Below are positions 39,439-49,668 of a stretch of DNA of 64,000 bases, piece after piece. A program made the position numbers and the translations under genes. The stretch covers positions 1 to 64,000 of the forward strand of contig JBGCDR010000040.1 in NCBI GenBank assembly GCA_045105515.1, written 5' to 3'. Source of the DNA: Oligoflexales bacterium (GTDB taxonomy: Bacteria > Bdellovibrionota_B > Oligoflexia > Oligoflexales > Bog-1112). Below the pieces are notes generated by a model. That model ran no database searches. It had not been told where the DNA came from and saw only the letters and a program-made list of their open reading frames with translations. The first letter of the stretch is position 1; every line of letters begins with the position of its first letter.

Positions 39439-41199
39439 ATGATTTACTTAATGCTTAAAAATCAAAAGCTAATTGGCGAGTTAAAATCTCGCCTAGAAGA
39501 GCATGAAATCAAATTCAAGCTCATTGATATTTCTAAAAAGACTAGTCTCAAGGAAATGTACCGTAACGAATATGAACCTAATGCCGCGGTGGTAGATGCT
39601 AGGCATCCCTTACTGCCTGACAATAGCTGGATCGACATGCTCAGTAGCTTGTGCCGGCGAATTCCTGTCATTGTTGTCAGTAAGGAGGATAAATATTCGA
39701 TTGTTACCAGAAATGGTCGTGTAGAGCTATTAACCTGGCTAAAAAATCCTAAACCTGAAGATATCTTAACCATTTTAGATAATTGCGGCAGTTTAGGTAT
39801 TTCAAGAAGAATTTTCAATCGCAATACTATCCCTTTTTATAATCCGATGCTAGCAATACATATGCTCCAGCAAAATGGATCTTTAAGCATACTGAGTATC
39901 CATGCCGGGGATTTTAGAAAGGTGGCAACTGAATATGGTGCTGAGGCCTATGCCAAACTACAAGACTGCTTTCAACAACTACTTATTGAATTATGGGGTG
40001 TAAAACACAGCTTTCGTAAAACCGATATCCTTTGTCTTAATTCTGTACACAGCAATGTTTACTTCATACTACTGGAACAATCGAGATCACAAAGAAATAT
40101 TCCCCCTCCATGTGCACTAGAAAAATTGTCAGATCGAATCGTAACGAAATTACAAAACCAATTATGGGGTGAATTGTTTAAACCCGCTAAAGACAGGGTT
40201 TTACCGAGCTACCTACAGACTATTCCCAAGTTTTCAATAGGACATGCCACTGGCTTGTACAATCCCTGTGTTGATACTGAAGAAACCCTTGATAATATTA
40301 TTGATTCAAGTAAAGAGATGGCCAAAGTTCAGCACCATAGAATAAGAAGTAGGCAACGAGAACTAATTCAAGCACTTATCCAAACACCGAAAACCTTAAT
40401 ACCTAACTATCAAGCTGTTTTCCATGCTAAAACAATGAAAATAGAAGATGCGGAAAAAGCGATAAAAAATAAATCCATCTTTCCGATTGCTAAAAGTATT
40501 TATGCCTTCGAATCCTTAATTCGAGTGAGCAAGGGTCAAGTCGATAACTTAATCCATGCTGAAGGACCTATGCATATTGACTCCAAATACCTGATGCCAA
40601 ACGTTCTTTTTTCTCTAGCTCTTTCAGTAAAACTAGCACTTGAGTTAGATCAAATCTGCCTTAGACAGGCTACCCATCACTTCACAAACTTACCGGGGAG
40701 GCTCCTAGCTAACATCCTCCCAAGAAATTTCTATTACATCGATCAACTTCAGCACCTAATTCCTCAAAGTGCCCTTATTACATTCGAAGTGTCTGAATCA
40801 GAGGCTATCAATAATTTTGAATTACTACTTAAAGCAAGAAAAAACTTATCGAAGCAAAACTATGGAATTGCCATCGATGATTTCGGTAAGGGGTATGCTG
40901 GGCTAGATAGAATTCTTAAAATAAAACCCGATATCATAAAATTAGATCGATGTCTCATTCAAAATATTCACCTAGAAGAATCTAAAAAAGCTTTTATTGA
41001 AGGGGTGATGAGTGCTGCAAGAATTACCAACTCTCTCGTTTTAGCAGAGGGTGTTGAACTAATTGAAGAATTTAAAACTCTTCAAAACCTTGGAATCGAT
41101 TTAGTTCAAGGCTTTCTCCTTCACAGGCCACAGAAGGTTCAAGATATTCAAAAAGACTTGAAGATAGAAGTACTGGATGTACTTGAAACTGTTGCATGA
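39439..41199 (+). CDS. EAL-domain c-di-GMP phosphodiesterase with degenerate receiver-like and GGDEF-like regions
   Basis: FESLIR, DDFGKGYAGL, IKLDR, AEGVE and QGFLLHRP. The middle domain lacks the GGDEF motif. Confidence 0.85.
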   Translation: MIYLMLKNQKLIGELKSRLEEHEIKFKLIDISKKTSLKEMYRNEYEPNAAVVDARHPLLPDNSWIDMLSSLCRRIPVIVVSKEDKYSIVTRNGRVELLTWLKNPKPEDILTILDNCGSLGISRRIFNRNTIPFYNPMLAIHMLQQNGSLSILSIHAGDFRKVATEYGAEAYAKLQDCFQQLLIELWGVKHSFRKTDILCLNSVHSNVYFILLEQSRSQRNIPPPCALEKLSDRIVTKLQNQLWGELFKPAKDRVLPSYLQTIPKFSIGHATGLYNPCVDTEETLDNIIDSSKEMAKVQHHRIRSRQRELIQALIQTPKTLIPNYQAVFHAKTMKIEDAEKAIKNKSIFPIAKSIYAFESLIRVSKGQVDNLIHAEGPMHIDSKYLMPNVLFSLALSVKLALELDQICLRQATHHFTNLPGRLLANILPRNFYYIDQLQHLIPQSALITFEVSESEAINNFELLLKARKNLSKQNYGIAIDDFGKGYAGLDRILKIKPDIIKLDRCLIQNIHLEESKKAFIEGVMSAARITNSLVLAEGVELIEEFKTLQNLGIDLVQGFLLHRPQKVQDIQKDLKIEVLDVLETVA

Positions 41200-42332
41200 T
41201 ACCAGTAAAATTAACTACCAAGAACATAATTAGTACTCTTATATTTGCTTATTCAAGCTTCCACTTTAGCGCCTGCATGCGCAGTCGCAGAGATGCAATA
41301 GAAAATCCAACAACTCTATCATCGGAAGAACCAGTAGCTAAAGATTCAGATGATGAAGGAACTCTTTCAGTAATAACCAATCTTTTTTCAGATTCCAAAC
41401 CAGTTAAACCAAAGCTCAAACCACCTTTATCAAGAGTCCCTTTCAAACATCTTGGTTTCTATGAGGCCCCATCCGTTGGTAAAAAATCATTCAAATGGGA
41501 AGCGAAAATTATTCAATCTGAAAAAGAAATCAAGGATTTAGAAATGTTCTTCACTTCGCAACAGCTTTCACACAAGCTAAATAATTTAAAAGAAGTTACA
41601 ATTTTAGCTCTGATGCACACAGGCTCTAAAGCAAATAGTGCCATCAGAGTTAGCCAAGTGAAATTCGATAACCAGATCCATATTCTTTCAGAGATTTTAG
41701 AAACTAATTCTAACTGCAGCATGCTTTCTAGCTCAGATCCCAAGCACTATTTACACTTAATTTCTATCCCTCTAAAGGAAGAATCTCTAAACAAAAAAAT
41801 CAGGGTAGACGTACTTAGAAGGCATGAAGCTTGTTTACCTACTTTAAAATGGGAGCAAAATAAATTTAAACGAGTCGCATATAAAACTCTTTACTATGAG
41901 GAAAAAAGTAAAAAATCTTGGGATCATCCTTCTCCTCGCATTCTCACATTAAACAACAACTGGGGAGAATGGAATTTGTTTCAGAAAAATTATTGCCATT
42001 CATGTGATCAGATGTCACTTACACCTAATAAGGGATATCTAGCAATAATTGACGGGAAAGGCGCTTCTCATGGCTATGGAAAAAGCCACTTAATAGTAAA
42101 AAAGATTTACAAAAATGACCACTACGTTGGTGTGGGATTGAAACGTATTGTGGAACTCTGCCCTCAAAATAAATCGAATCAAGCACTGCTTCTTTTAGAA
42201 ATCGATAATAACTCGTTGAAAATTGATAGAGCTTTTACAAAGAGTCATATTTTTCGCTTACCATCGGGTTTTATCCCTGAGGACCAGATTACCTGCGGAA
42301 GCTATGACAAGTTTTTATTGGAAGAATCGTAA
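41196..42332 (+). CDS. Uncharacterised lipoprotein with two similar domains
   Basis: Lipobox HFSAC and ATGA coupling to the EAL gene. The pattern RV.F/YK.L...I.V..V/I...C...L+.I occurs twice. Confidence 0.72.
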   Translation: MIPVKLTTKNIISTLIFAYSSFHFSACMRSRRDAIENPTTLSSEEPVAKDSDDEGTLSVITNLFSDSKPVKPKLKPPLSRVPFKHLGFYEAPSVGKKSFKWEAKIIQSEKEIKDLEMFFTSQQLSHKLNNLKEVTILALMHTGSKANSAIRVSQVKFDNQIHILSEILETNSNCSMLSSSDPKHYLHLISIPLKEESLNKKIRVDVLRRHEACLPTLKWEQNKFKRVAYKTLYYEEKSKKSWDHPSPRILTLNNNWGEWNLFQKNYCHSCDQMSLTPNKGYLAIIDGKGASHGYGKSHLIVKKIYKNDHYVGVGLKRIVELCPQNKSNQALLLLEIDNNSLKIDRAFTKSHIFRLPSGFIPEDQITCGSYDKFLLEES

Positions 42333-43621
42333 TTTTGCTGGAATTTCTTCAAGAATTGTGAAAAACGCTCTACTGCTTCATCAGGAATGGGGTTATATAA
42401 AGAGACCCTTAAACCCCCAACAGAATGATGCCCCTTAACTTGTCGAAAACCTGCTGCTTCTGCTTCTTTGACAAATTTAAGTTCAAGCTCCCTCTCTCGA
42501 ATCGTGAAGGGAATACTTGTAGTTGACCTCCATTTAGGGTCAACCTTATTGATATAAAATCCCTGCGAAGAGTCGATAATTGAATATACCTTGCTTGATC
42601 TTGTAATTGCTCTTTTTTCAATTGCTTCTAAACCTTGCTTCTCCACAGTTTTTAGGGTTTCGTTTAGGAAGGTAATTGAGATGATATCTGGTGTGTTATA
42701 TAAATTTCCATAATCAGCATAATTTTTATATTCCTGTGTATATCCTACCCCATCCGCTTTTTCCAATAAATCACTTCGTATAATTACCAAAGTGACACCA
42801 GCCGGGCCTAGGTTTTTTCCTCCAGAGGCATAAATTATTCCATAATTTTCTATCTGCATCCTGCGAGAGAGTAGAGAACTGGTAGCATCGGTAACTAGTG
42901 GACGTTTATCAGAGTCAACAAGTTTCGGGTCATACCGGTACTGAATACCATCCGTAGTCTCATTATCGCAAATATGGACATAAGATGCCTCAGGAGACAA
43001 ACTCCACTCTTTCTCAGGTTTGAGACTAATAAGACCGGTTTTAGGATCTTGGCTAAGAACATCAACCAAGCGCCCATCATAGTTAAGCTTATCCAAATGA
43101 CTTTTTGCTCGCTTAGACCAAAATCCGCTATCAACATAATCCGCTTGCTTTGAACTTTTTAGTAGGTTTATGGGAATAGTATCAAATTGAAAGTGAGCAC
43201 CTCCGGTCATAAAAAGTACTTCGTAATTATCAGGTACATTTAATACCTTTTTTACTCGTTGTTTAGTCTCAACTATCAAGTTTTGGACAGCTCCACCTTC
43301 ATCACGATGAGATAGCTCCTGGATGCCGACACCTCCCTGAAAACTAAACAACTGTAAAACGACCCTTTGTATTACATCGGTATAATTCATTCCTGGCCCA
43401 GCACAAAAATTATCCGGGTTATCACGTCGCAATTTTAGTACTTGCCCGATCCGTGATATAAAATCCTGATCTTCAATTTCTTTTACTGGTATGTTTGAGT
43501 TTTCATCAGAGTCAACTTTTTCAATCTCGGCAAGATCGCTAAAATCATTCTTATCAACTGCAAGACTATAATGTGAGAATGCTATCATCCATAAAAAAAA
43601 CCAAGTTAGTTTAAAATTCAT
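42302..43621 (-). CDS. serC: Phosphoserine aminotransferase (SerC) homolog with an N-terminal signal peptide and extension
   Basis: NFCAGPG, ELSHR, VLFMTGGA, NETTDG, GKNLGPAG, NTP and GGLRVSLYN. About 65 extra N-terminal residues begin with a hydrophobic signal. Confidence 0.85.
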   Translation of the reverse strand: MNFKLTWFFLWMIAFSHYSLAVDKNDFSDLAEIEKVDSDENSNIPVKEIEDQDFISRIGQVLKLRRDNPDNFCAGPGMNYTDVIQRVVLQLFSFQGGVGIQELSHRDEGGAVQNLIVETKQRVKKVLNVPDNYEVLFMTGGAHFQFDTIPINLLKSSKQADYVDSGFWSKRAKSHLDKLNYDGRLVDVLSQDPKTGLISLKPEKEWSLSPEASYVHICDNETTDGIQYRYDPKLVDSDKRPLVTDATSSLLSRRMQIENYGIIYASGGKNLGPAGVTLVIIRSDLLEKADGVGYTQEYKNYADYGNLYNTPDIISITFLNETLKTVEKQGLEAIEKRAITRSSKVYSIIDSSQGFYINKVDPKWRSTTSIPFTIRERELELKFVKEAEAAGFRQVKGHHSVGGLRVSLYNPIPDEAVERFSQFLKKFQQNYDSSNKNLS

Positions 43622-43923
43622 TAGCTCACCTTTTTAGGGACTAAGGGTTTAAGGTAATAGACGAGTTGCCTAGTAGGCTGACTGCCAACTACTATTTTGT
43701 AAGCTAGGCATGTTAAATGTGGGGAAGGAAAAGTAAAGAACAATTTGATATGCAGTTCTATGTTGTACAAAAAAAGATCAGAATCTAGTACCCTAGGAAT
43801 AATGTATTGGTAAGCTTAGGGAAAGACATCAAGATTACTATAATAAGCAATACTAATAGCAAAAATTTGGAAGCTCGCATGTATGAAAAGTTTGAATGGG
43901 AAGATCGTTACGACCTAAATAGC

Positions 43924-44757
43924 TTAAGCAATTTTATCTTCCAGCTTGGGTGTGAAAAAATGCGTGACTTGCTGACTAAGAATTTCTAAAATTTGCTCAT
44001 GAGTTTTATTTGTAGGCTTAAGCCACTTAATAAGCGCCTCCTCCCTAAGAATTACTGGACAGCGGTCATGACCAGCTGCTGAAATCTCCGGAGTTGGTTC
44101 AGTTGTTATTAATGAAAAACCTTTAAAAGGATTATGTTCCCAGATATCGTGATTGAAGATAACCGGCACAAAAAGCCCCAATGCTGATTGAGGGTTAAAT
44201 TCGATCACAATACTTCGCTCGCTTGGTTCCTTGAGTTCCGTCTTTGTCGGCGAATAGCTTTTACCTTGCGCTAGTATTTTCTTTTTTCGTTGCAAAGTAA
44301 GTGCTGCAAAATGATTTTTAATTGCGGTAAGTGTTATCGAACCTGAGCTAAGCAAGTTTCTGACCTGCACATTCTCAAAAAAACCATCAAGAATAATGAA
44401 CCCATGCCCCTTTTGATAAGCATCTGACCAAGCTGTAGAGCGCAAATTATCCAATCTTGAATTGTAATTGCAACGCTTTTCTTGACGGTTTCCTCGAGTA
44501 ATGTTTCTGAGCTTGGGTTCGTAATATTTCCCATAACGCATCGGCTCACATACTATAGTTTCACCTTTTTGATAATAAGCTGGAACATAATATTTATCAC
44601 CGCAAAAAAAACGCTCTCCGCTCTTAGCCACCTTATAGTCTTTTGGATATTCGGTACTTTTTCCGAAAAGGTTTTCCCAGACTTCCTTTGCTTGTTCGAC
44701 CCCAAGACGCAATTCAACTTCTTTTATATTTTTTCGCGTTAATGCTGAAAAGCACAA
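43924..44757 (-). CDS. SRAP family (YedK/HMCES-like) abasic-site processing protein
   Basis: TTG start with an AGAGG RBS giving N-terminal M-C. Also YNSR, GFFE and GHDRCP motifs. Confidence 0.85.
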   Translation of the reverse strand: MCFSALTRKNIKEVELRLGVEQAKEVWENLFGKSTEYPKDYKVAKSGERFFCGDKYYVPAYYQKGETIVCEPMRYGKYYEPKLRNITRGNRQEKRCNYNSRLDNLRSTAWSDAYQKGHGFIILDGFFENVQVRNLLSSGSITLTAIKNHFAALTLQRKKKILAQGKSYSPTKTELKEPSERSIVIEFNPQSALGLFVPVIFNHDIWEHNPFKGFSLITTEPTPEISAAGHDRCPVILREEALIKWLKPTNKTHEQILEILSQQVTHFFTPKLEDKIA

Positions 44758-45072
44758 AACTAACCTCTTTGTTCAAATTATTATAAAGATTTGCAACGAA
44801 ATTCCAAGAATGTTTTCCTAACTAGTTCCAAACCTCTTTTCTAGGTGATTTACAGTCTATCATAAGATGTTTGCATTTTCTCTTAATCTTCAAACAAGCG
44901 CAAAGAACTCGAGCTCGAGAAACCCACCGAAACTTTTAAAAAGCCGATTTTTGCTCCTCTCAATTCACAGAATTTCTAGCAAGTTCCTTTGAAAAAGGTA
45001 ACGTGAAGGAAGGTCTTATTATAAATGTAAGATGCTAAACGGTTCTTTTTCTTAAATCAAGATCTACTTCAT

Positions 45073-46599
45073 CTATCCAAGCTTTTGACTGAGCCCTTTG
45101 ACTGCAAAGCACCATACCGCAAGCATAACTATAATCGTCATTGCCATATAAGGAGTTGCCGCACTGATAGAGTTGCAAGTAAGAAGAAGCATCTGCACCA
45201 GAAGAGATCCAGCAGATTTACCTATTCTCGAACCAACTCCATCGATTGCCGCTTTACCGTAACGTTTTTCTGTGGTTGAAAGAGGGATAAAGGCGATTTC
45301 TTTAGAGGTATCAAAGAGGGTATATTTACAGCCTCGAGAAAATATCATCTGCACGGAGCCAAAAAATAAAGATAAATTTACCGGATTACTCGTTAGGTTT
45401 AACAGTATATCGGGAGTCGAGGCTGTTTCTTGGTAGAGAAGAAGCCAAAAAAAACCAGCACAGGTAATCGAAATAGTCACTGGAGTCAGATAAGCAGCGT
45501 ATTTCCATCCACATCTACGAAGCAAATTACCTGAGATAAATAAAGAAATAATCACTGAAAGGATGCCTGTTAATGTCGTAATATGGCTTTTATAACGAGC
45601 CATCCCTGCTGCATCATCCAGATAAAGCATTTTCAACTGATTTTCCCAAAGCACATCTGAGAGGTTAAAAACCAAATTATAGCTCAATACCAACAAAGCG
45701 ATATAAAGCAGATGTTTAGAGCCTCGTAAGCAATCCAGGCACTCTGACAAGGTAAGCTTAACCTTCTCATTTTTTTTAATCTTTTGGTCGGGAGTGTAAA
45801 CGACCCCTTGCCAGTGCATATAGTAAAAAAGCAGCATAACCAAAAAGCCACATATTACAGCAGTTCCAAGATAAAACATCAAAGATTGTTCCCAAGCAGA
45901 GGAGCCAAAAGGTAGATCAGGATTGAAATTATGTCCTGCATAATAAGCTGAAGTTAGACCGGCAAAAATTGCTGCTGAGTTGGCACCGAGTAAAAATAAA
46001 GGGTAGAACCTTCCTGCCTGTTCTATACTTGTAATTTCGTTAGCAAAACCCCAAATAAGCATAGAAAGTAAAATTGTTCCCCATAATTCTGTAATTACAT
46101 AAAAAACTGATAATGGCCAATGCCCGATCATACTCACAAAACCACCCGCTCCTTCGGGAAGAATTTGCGTCAAAAACAGAGACAAGGAATCCAATTCAAG
46201 GCTAGACCGATTCGGATATATGAAGAAGATAAATACTAAATAGAATGCTATGAAAAAGCTCAGCATGAAGTAAAAAATTTTTTCTCTGTCAAAACGATGT
46301 GAAAGTCGCATCGCTAAGCCTGTAATCAAAAAAGCTCCGGGTATGACTGCCCAGACTTTTAAGAATGGAATGATCTCTGCTCCCACCTTGCTTTCTGCCA
46401 CCACAATGGAAGATTTAATAATTCTCAGCATATCGTAAACATATGCTAGAAGAAAAAATATTAAGAAAGTTGGAACGAATTTATTCAGTTCATCCCCATG
46501 AACAGGCCAGACTATCGATTTGATTTTAGTCAATAAACCTTGCGAGTGATTTTCTGGATCTAGGCTGCGATCATTTACTGAATTTTTTAGAACATCCAT
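45073..46599 (-). CDS. NTT/Tlc family nucleotide (ATP/ADP-type) translocase
   Basis: E..KF.P...FF, GAEIIPFLKVW, ELWG, WGFANEIT, RFYPLF, KYTLFD..KE.AFIPL and GKAAIDGVGSRIGKSAGS. Roughly 12 hydrophobic segments. Confidence 0.93.
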   Translation of the reverse strand: MDVLKNSVNDRSLDPENHSQGLLTKIKSIVWPVHGDELNKFVPTFLIFFLLAYVYDMLRIIKSSIVVAESKVGAEIIPFLKVWAVIPGAFLITGLAMRLSHRFDREKIFYFMLSFFIAFYLVFIFFIYPNRSSLELDSLSLFLTQILPEGAGGFVSMIGHWPLSVFYVITELWGTILLSMLIWGFANEITSIEQAGRFYPLFLLGANSAAIFAGLTSAYYAGHNFNPDLPFGSSAWEQSLMFYLGTAVICGFLVMLLFYYMHWQGVVYTPDQKIKKNEKVKLTLSECLDCLRGSKHLLYIALLVLSYNLVFNLSDVLWENQLKMLYLDDAAGMARYKSHITTLTGILSVIISLFISGNLLRRCGWKYAAYLTPVTISITCAGFFWLLLYQETASTPDILLNLTSNPVNLSLFFGSVQMIFSRGCKYTLFDTSKEIAFIPLSTTEKRYGKAAIDGVGSRIGKSAGSLLVQMLLLTCNSISAATPYMAMTIIVMLAVWCFAVKGLSQKLG

Positions 46600-46944
46600 A
46601 AATTCTCAATAACTCACGTTTACCCAAGGAAACAGATAGGAAACCGCAATAGGACCTGTGTGAGAGATTCAACTGAAAAAACATCCAGTGTAATCCACAC
46701 CAAATTATTGTGACCATTAGTGGTTCACGACATTGCAAGGCCTTATAGGGTACTTACATATGTCATGTAGTCTTTATTCAACCACCTTGCAAGTCTATAT
46801 TTCGAAAATGCAATAATAACAGAATATTTTCTAAGCTTATTGACCTTTTCTCGAAGGCAGATGTATCAAAAGTTTTGACACTTGGAAGAGTAAATTTTAT
46901 CGATTGTAGTACAAGAATTTTATACTTGTAAAGCAACAATAGCA

Positions 46945-46980
46945 AAGGAGCTGTTTAAGAAACTACCCCTCAAGCTCCTT
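46945..46980. terminator. Possible hairpin downstream of tas
   Basis: AAGGAGCT...AGCTCCTT 8-bp inverted repeat just past the tas stop, with a large loop. Confidence 0.3.
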
Positions 46981-46993
46981 CAATACTAGAATA

Positions 46994-48034
46994 TTAAGGA
47001 CAAGGGTTAGGTATCTCTTGATGGATAGAGTTGATGCTTTGTAGCAGCTCATCTGACATTTTCACGTCAAGGCTCGCAATATCTATTTTTAGTTGCTCCA
47101 TAGTCGTAGCCCCAATGATGACACTCGTCATAAAAGCCTGTTTCAGACAAAAAGCTATGGCCATTTGCGAAGGATCAATTTTACAAAACTGGGCTAACTC
47201 TGCATAACGCTTAGTAGCCTTGACTCCATTCTCGTTTGAATATCGATTGAATCGTTCCCATTTTGTTACTCTGGCTCCATCAGGCTTCTTGCCACCTAAA
47301 TACTTTCCTGATAGTACTCCAAAGGCAAGAGGTGAATATGCCAATAGTCCACAATTTTCTCGACAAGAAACCTCTGCTAGGCCAATTTCATAAATACGAT
47401 TAAGGAGATTATAAGGGTTTTGAATGCTTACAATTCTTGGCCAAGACCTTTCCTTTGCCAACTGTAAAAACTTCATAACTCCCCAGGGAGTTTCATTAGA
47501 TAATCCTATGGATCTAATCTTACCTTTGCTAACAAAGTCATATAATACTTCTAAGGTGTCTTCAATCGGAACCATGGTTTCAGTTGAATCATGTTCGTAT
47601 GATCGCTTACCAAAAAAATTAGTATTACGATCAGGCCAATGCAGTTGGTAGAGATCTAAATAATCAGTTTGAAGACGTCTCAAACTTGAATCAAGGGCTT
47701 GTTCAATATTTTTCCGATCAAGACGCGGCTTACCATCTCTTACATAGGTAAATGTTGCCGATGGACCAACTACTTTACTTGCTAATATCAAACGGTCCCG
47801 ATGCCCCCTGGAATTAAGCCATTTACCAAGGTACTCTTCTGTACGGCTGTAAGTCTCTTTTTTTGGTGGAACTGGATACATTTCTGCAGTATCGATGAAG
47901 TTTATTCCACGTTCAAAAGCATAGTCAAGCTGCTCAAAAGCTTCTTCCAAACTATTTTGTTCGCCAAAGGTCATTGTTCCTAAGCAAATAGAGCTAACTT
48001 CAATCCCCGAATCCCCAAGCTTCCTCATCTCCAT
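46994..48034 (-). CDS. tas: NADP(H)-dependent aldo/keto reductase Tas
   Basis: LGTMTFGEQN, DTAEMYPVPP, DLYQLHWPDR, GLSNETPWG, YSPLAFG. Confidence 0.93.
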   Translation of the reverse strand: MEMRKLGDSGIEVSSICLGTMTFGEQNSLEEAFEQLDYAFERGINFIDTAEMYPVPPKKETYSRTEEYLGKWLNSRGHRDRLILASKVVGPSATFTYVRDGKPRLDRKNIEQALDSSLRRLQTDYLDLYQLHWPDRNTNFFGKRSYEHDSTETMVPIEDTLEVLYDFVSKGKIRSIGLSNETPWGVMKFLQLAKERSWPRIVSIQNPYNLLNRIYEIGLAEVSCRENCGLLAYSPLAFGVLSGKYLGGKKPDGARVTKWERFNRYSNENGVKATKRYAELAQFCKIDPSQMAIAFCLKQAFMTSVIIGATTMEQLKIDIASLDVKMSDELLQSINSIHQEIPNPCP

Positions 48035-48246
48035 CGTGATACTCCAGTACTTGCCAAAAAAGCGATCTATATGGGTCACAGGCATATGACCTCATTCCCT
48101 ATCCATTCTTTTCCTTTAAGATAAGGAGCATAAGGAATTAGAGCAAGCCATTTTCCTGAACTCATATAGGAAACCATTGCCGTTTACGACCCAAAAAATC
48201 ATGGTAGACTAACAAATATAGTTAATCCCTTCACGAGGAAAACCCC

Positions 48247-49668
48247 TTGAAAGAGTATGACCTGGTTGTCATAGGGTCAGGCCCAGCTGGTGAAAAGGCT
48301 GCTGTAAAAGCTGCTTTTTTTGGATATAGGGTCGCTATCATTGAAAAAGAACGAAGCTTGGGGGGAGCTGGAGTCAATACTGGAACTCTTCCTTCCAAAA
48401 CCCTCAAAGAAACTGCTCTTTACTACTCAGGGAAATACGATAAAGGCCTCTATGGAATCGATCGTGAGTTAAAGCATGGAGCATCTATAGATGAATTTAT
48501 GTATCGTAAACAAATTGTTTGCACCTCAATGAATCAAGAAATTGCGAATAACCTCAAAAGGCATAAAGTGGACATATATCACGGAATAGCCACTCTTGAG
48601 GATACTCACACGGTAAGGGTCACTGGAACAAAAGAATTATTGCTTAGAGGTCGGTTCATTATCATTGCAACCGGTTCTTATCCTTACCAACCAGAGAACA
48701 TTCCATTCGATGGAAACCGAGTTCATGACTCTGATAGCATCTTAACAATTGGAGAATTTCCAAAGACTCTTTGCATTGTCGGAGCTGGTGTTATTGGCTG
48801 CGAATACGCTACTATCTTCGCTGCCATGGGAGCACAAGTATTTTTAATAAATAACAAAAATACGATCCTAAGCTTCTTAGATACAGAAATAAGCCAAGCA
48901 TTGGTAAGAGAGATGCAAACAGATGGAATAGATATTTTGTTTGAGACAGAAGTGAAAGATGTCCGCGTGCCTTCTAATCAAACTGATGCTATCGATGTAG
49001 TTTTATCAAATGACTCTATTTTACATGTAGATATGTTTCTATATGCCGCAGGCAGAAGCGGCAACACTAGAACCCTAAACTTAGAAAAGCTAGGCATAAA
49101 GACCGGAAAAAGGGAGACCATTCCAGTAAATGCCTGCTACCAGACTAATATAAGCTCGATTTATGCCGTTGGAGACGTGGTAGGGTTTCCTGCATTAGCA
49201 AGTACCAGTATGGATCAAGGGAGAGTAGCTGTTTCTCACATGTTTCAAATCAAGGATCACGACCGAATTGCCAAGATATTTCCCTATGGAATTTACACCA
49301 TTCCTGAGGTGTCCATGGTGGGGCTAACAGAAGAGGCTGCAAAATCACAAAAGATCTCTTACGAGGTAGGGATTGCAAATTTTAGTTTTATGCCTAGGGG
49401 CAAAATCATGGGGATCAAGACTGGGTTTTTGAAACTCGTTTTTGAAAAAGATAGTCTGGTAATCCTAGGGGTACACTGTATTGGCCCTTTAGCTACAGAA
49501 CTAATTCATTTTGGCCTCAGTTTAGTTGAAAATAAAAAGAATCTCAATCAGGTTATATCTACAATCTTTAACTACCCCACATTGCACGACCTATACAAAT
49601 ATGCTAGCTATAATGGTTTAGGAAAGATTCCTCAACACACCCAACATAATATTGCTCAAGAGAAATAA
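48247..49668 (+). CDS. sthA: Soluble Si-specific NAD(P)+ transhydrogenase
   Basis: IGSGPAGEKAA, TGTLPSK.L without the redox CxxxxC, VVGFPALASTSMDQGR, GIYTIPE, FNYPT. Confidence 0.92.
   Translation: MKEYDLVVIGSGPAGEKAAVKAAFFGYRVAIIEKERSLGGAGVNTGTLPSKTLKETALYYSGKYDKGLYGIDRELKHGASIDEFMYRKQIVCTSMNQEIANNLKRHKVDIYHGIATLEDTHTVRVTGTKELLLRGRFIIIATGSYPYQPENIPFDGNRVHDSDSILTIGEFPKTLCIVGAGVIGCEYATIFAAMGAQVFLINNKNTILSFLDTEISQALVREMQTDGIDILFETEVKDVRVPSNQTDAIDVVLSNDSILHVDMFLYAAGRSGNTRTLNLEKLGIKTGKRETIPVNACYQTNISSIYAVGDVVGFPALASTSMDQGRVAVSHMFQIKDHDRIAKIFPYGIYTIPEVSMVGLTEEAAKSQKISYEVGIANFSFMPRGKIMGIKTGFLKLVFEKDSLVILGVHCIGPLATELIHFGLSLVENKKNLNQVISTIFNYPTLHDLYKYASYNGLGKIPQHTQHNIAQEK

Noticed and set aside
43807..43989. 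60-aa ORF between serC and the SRAP gene
   Set aside because: It is short, overlaps the SRAP 3' end and has no recognisable features.
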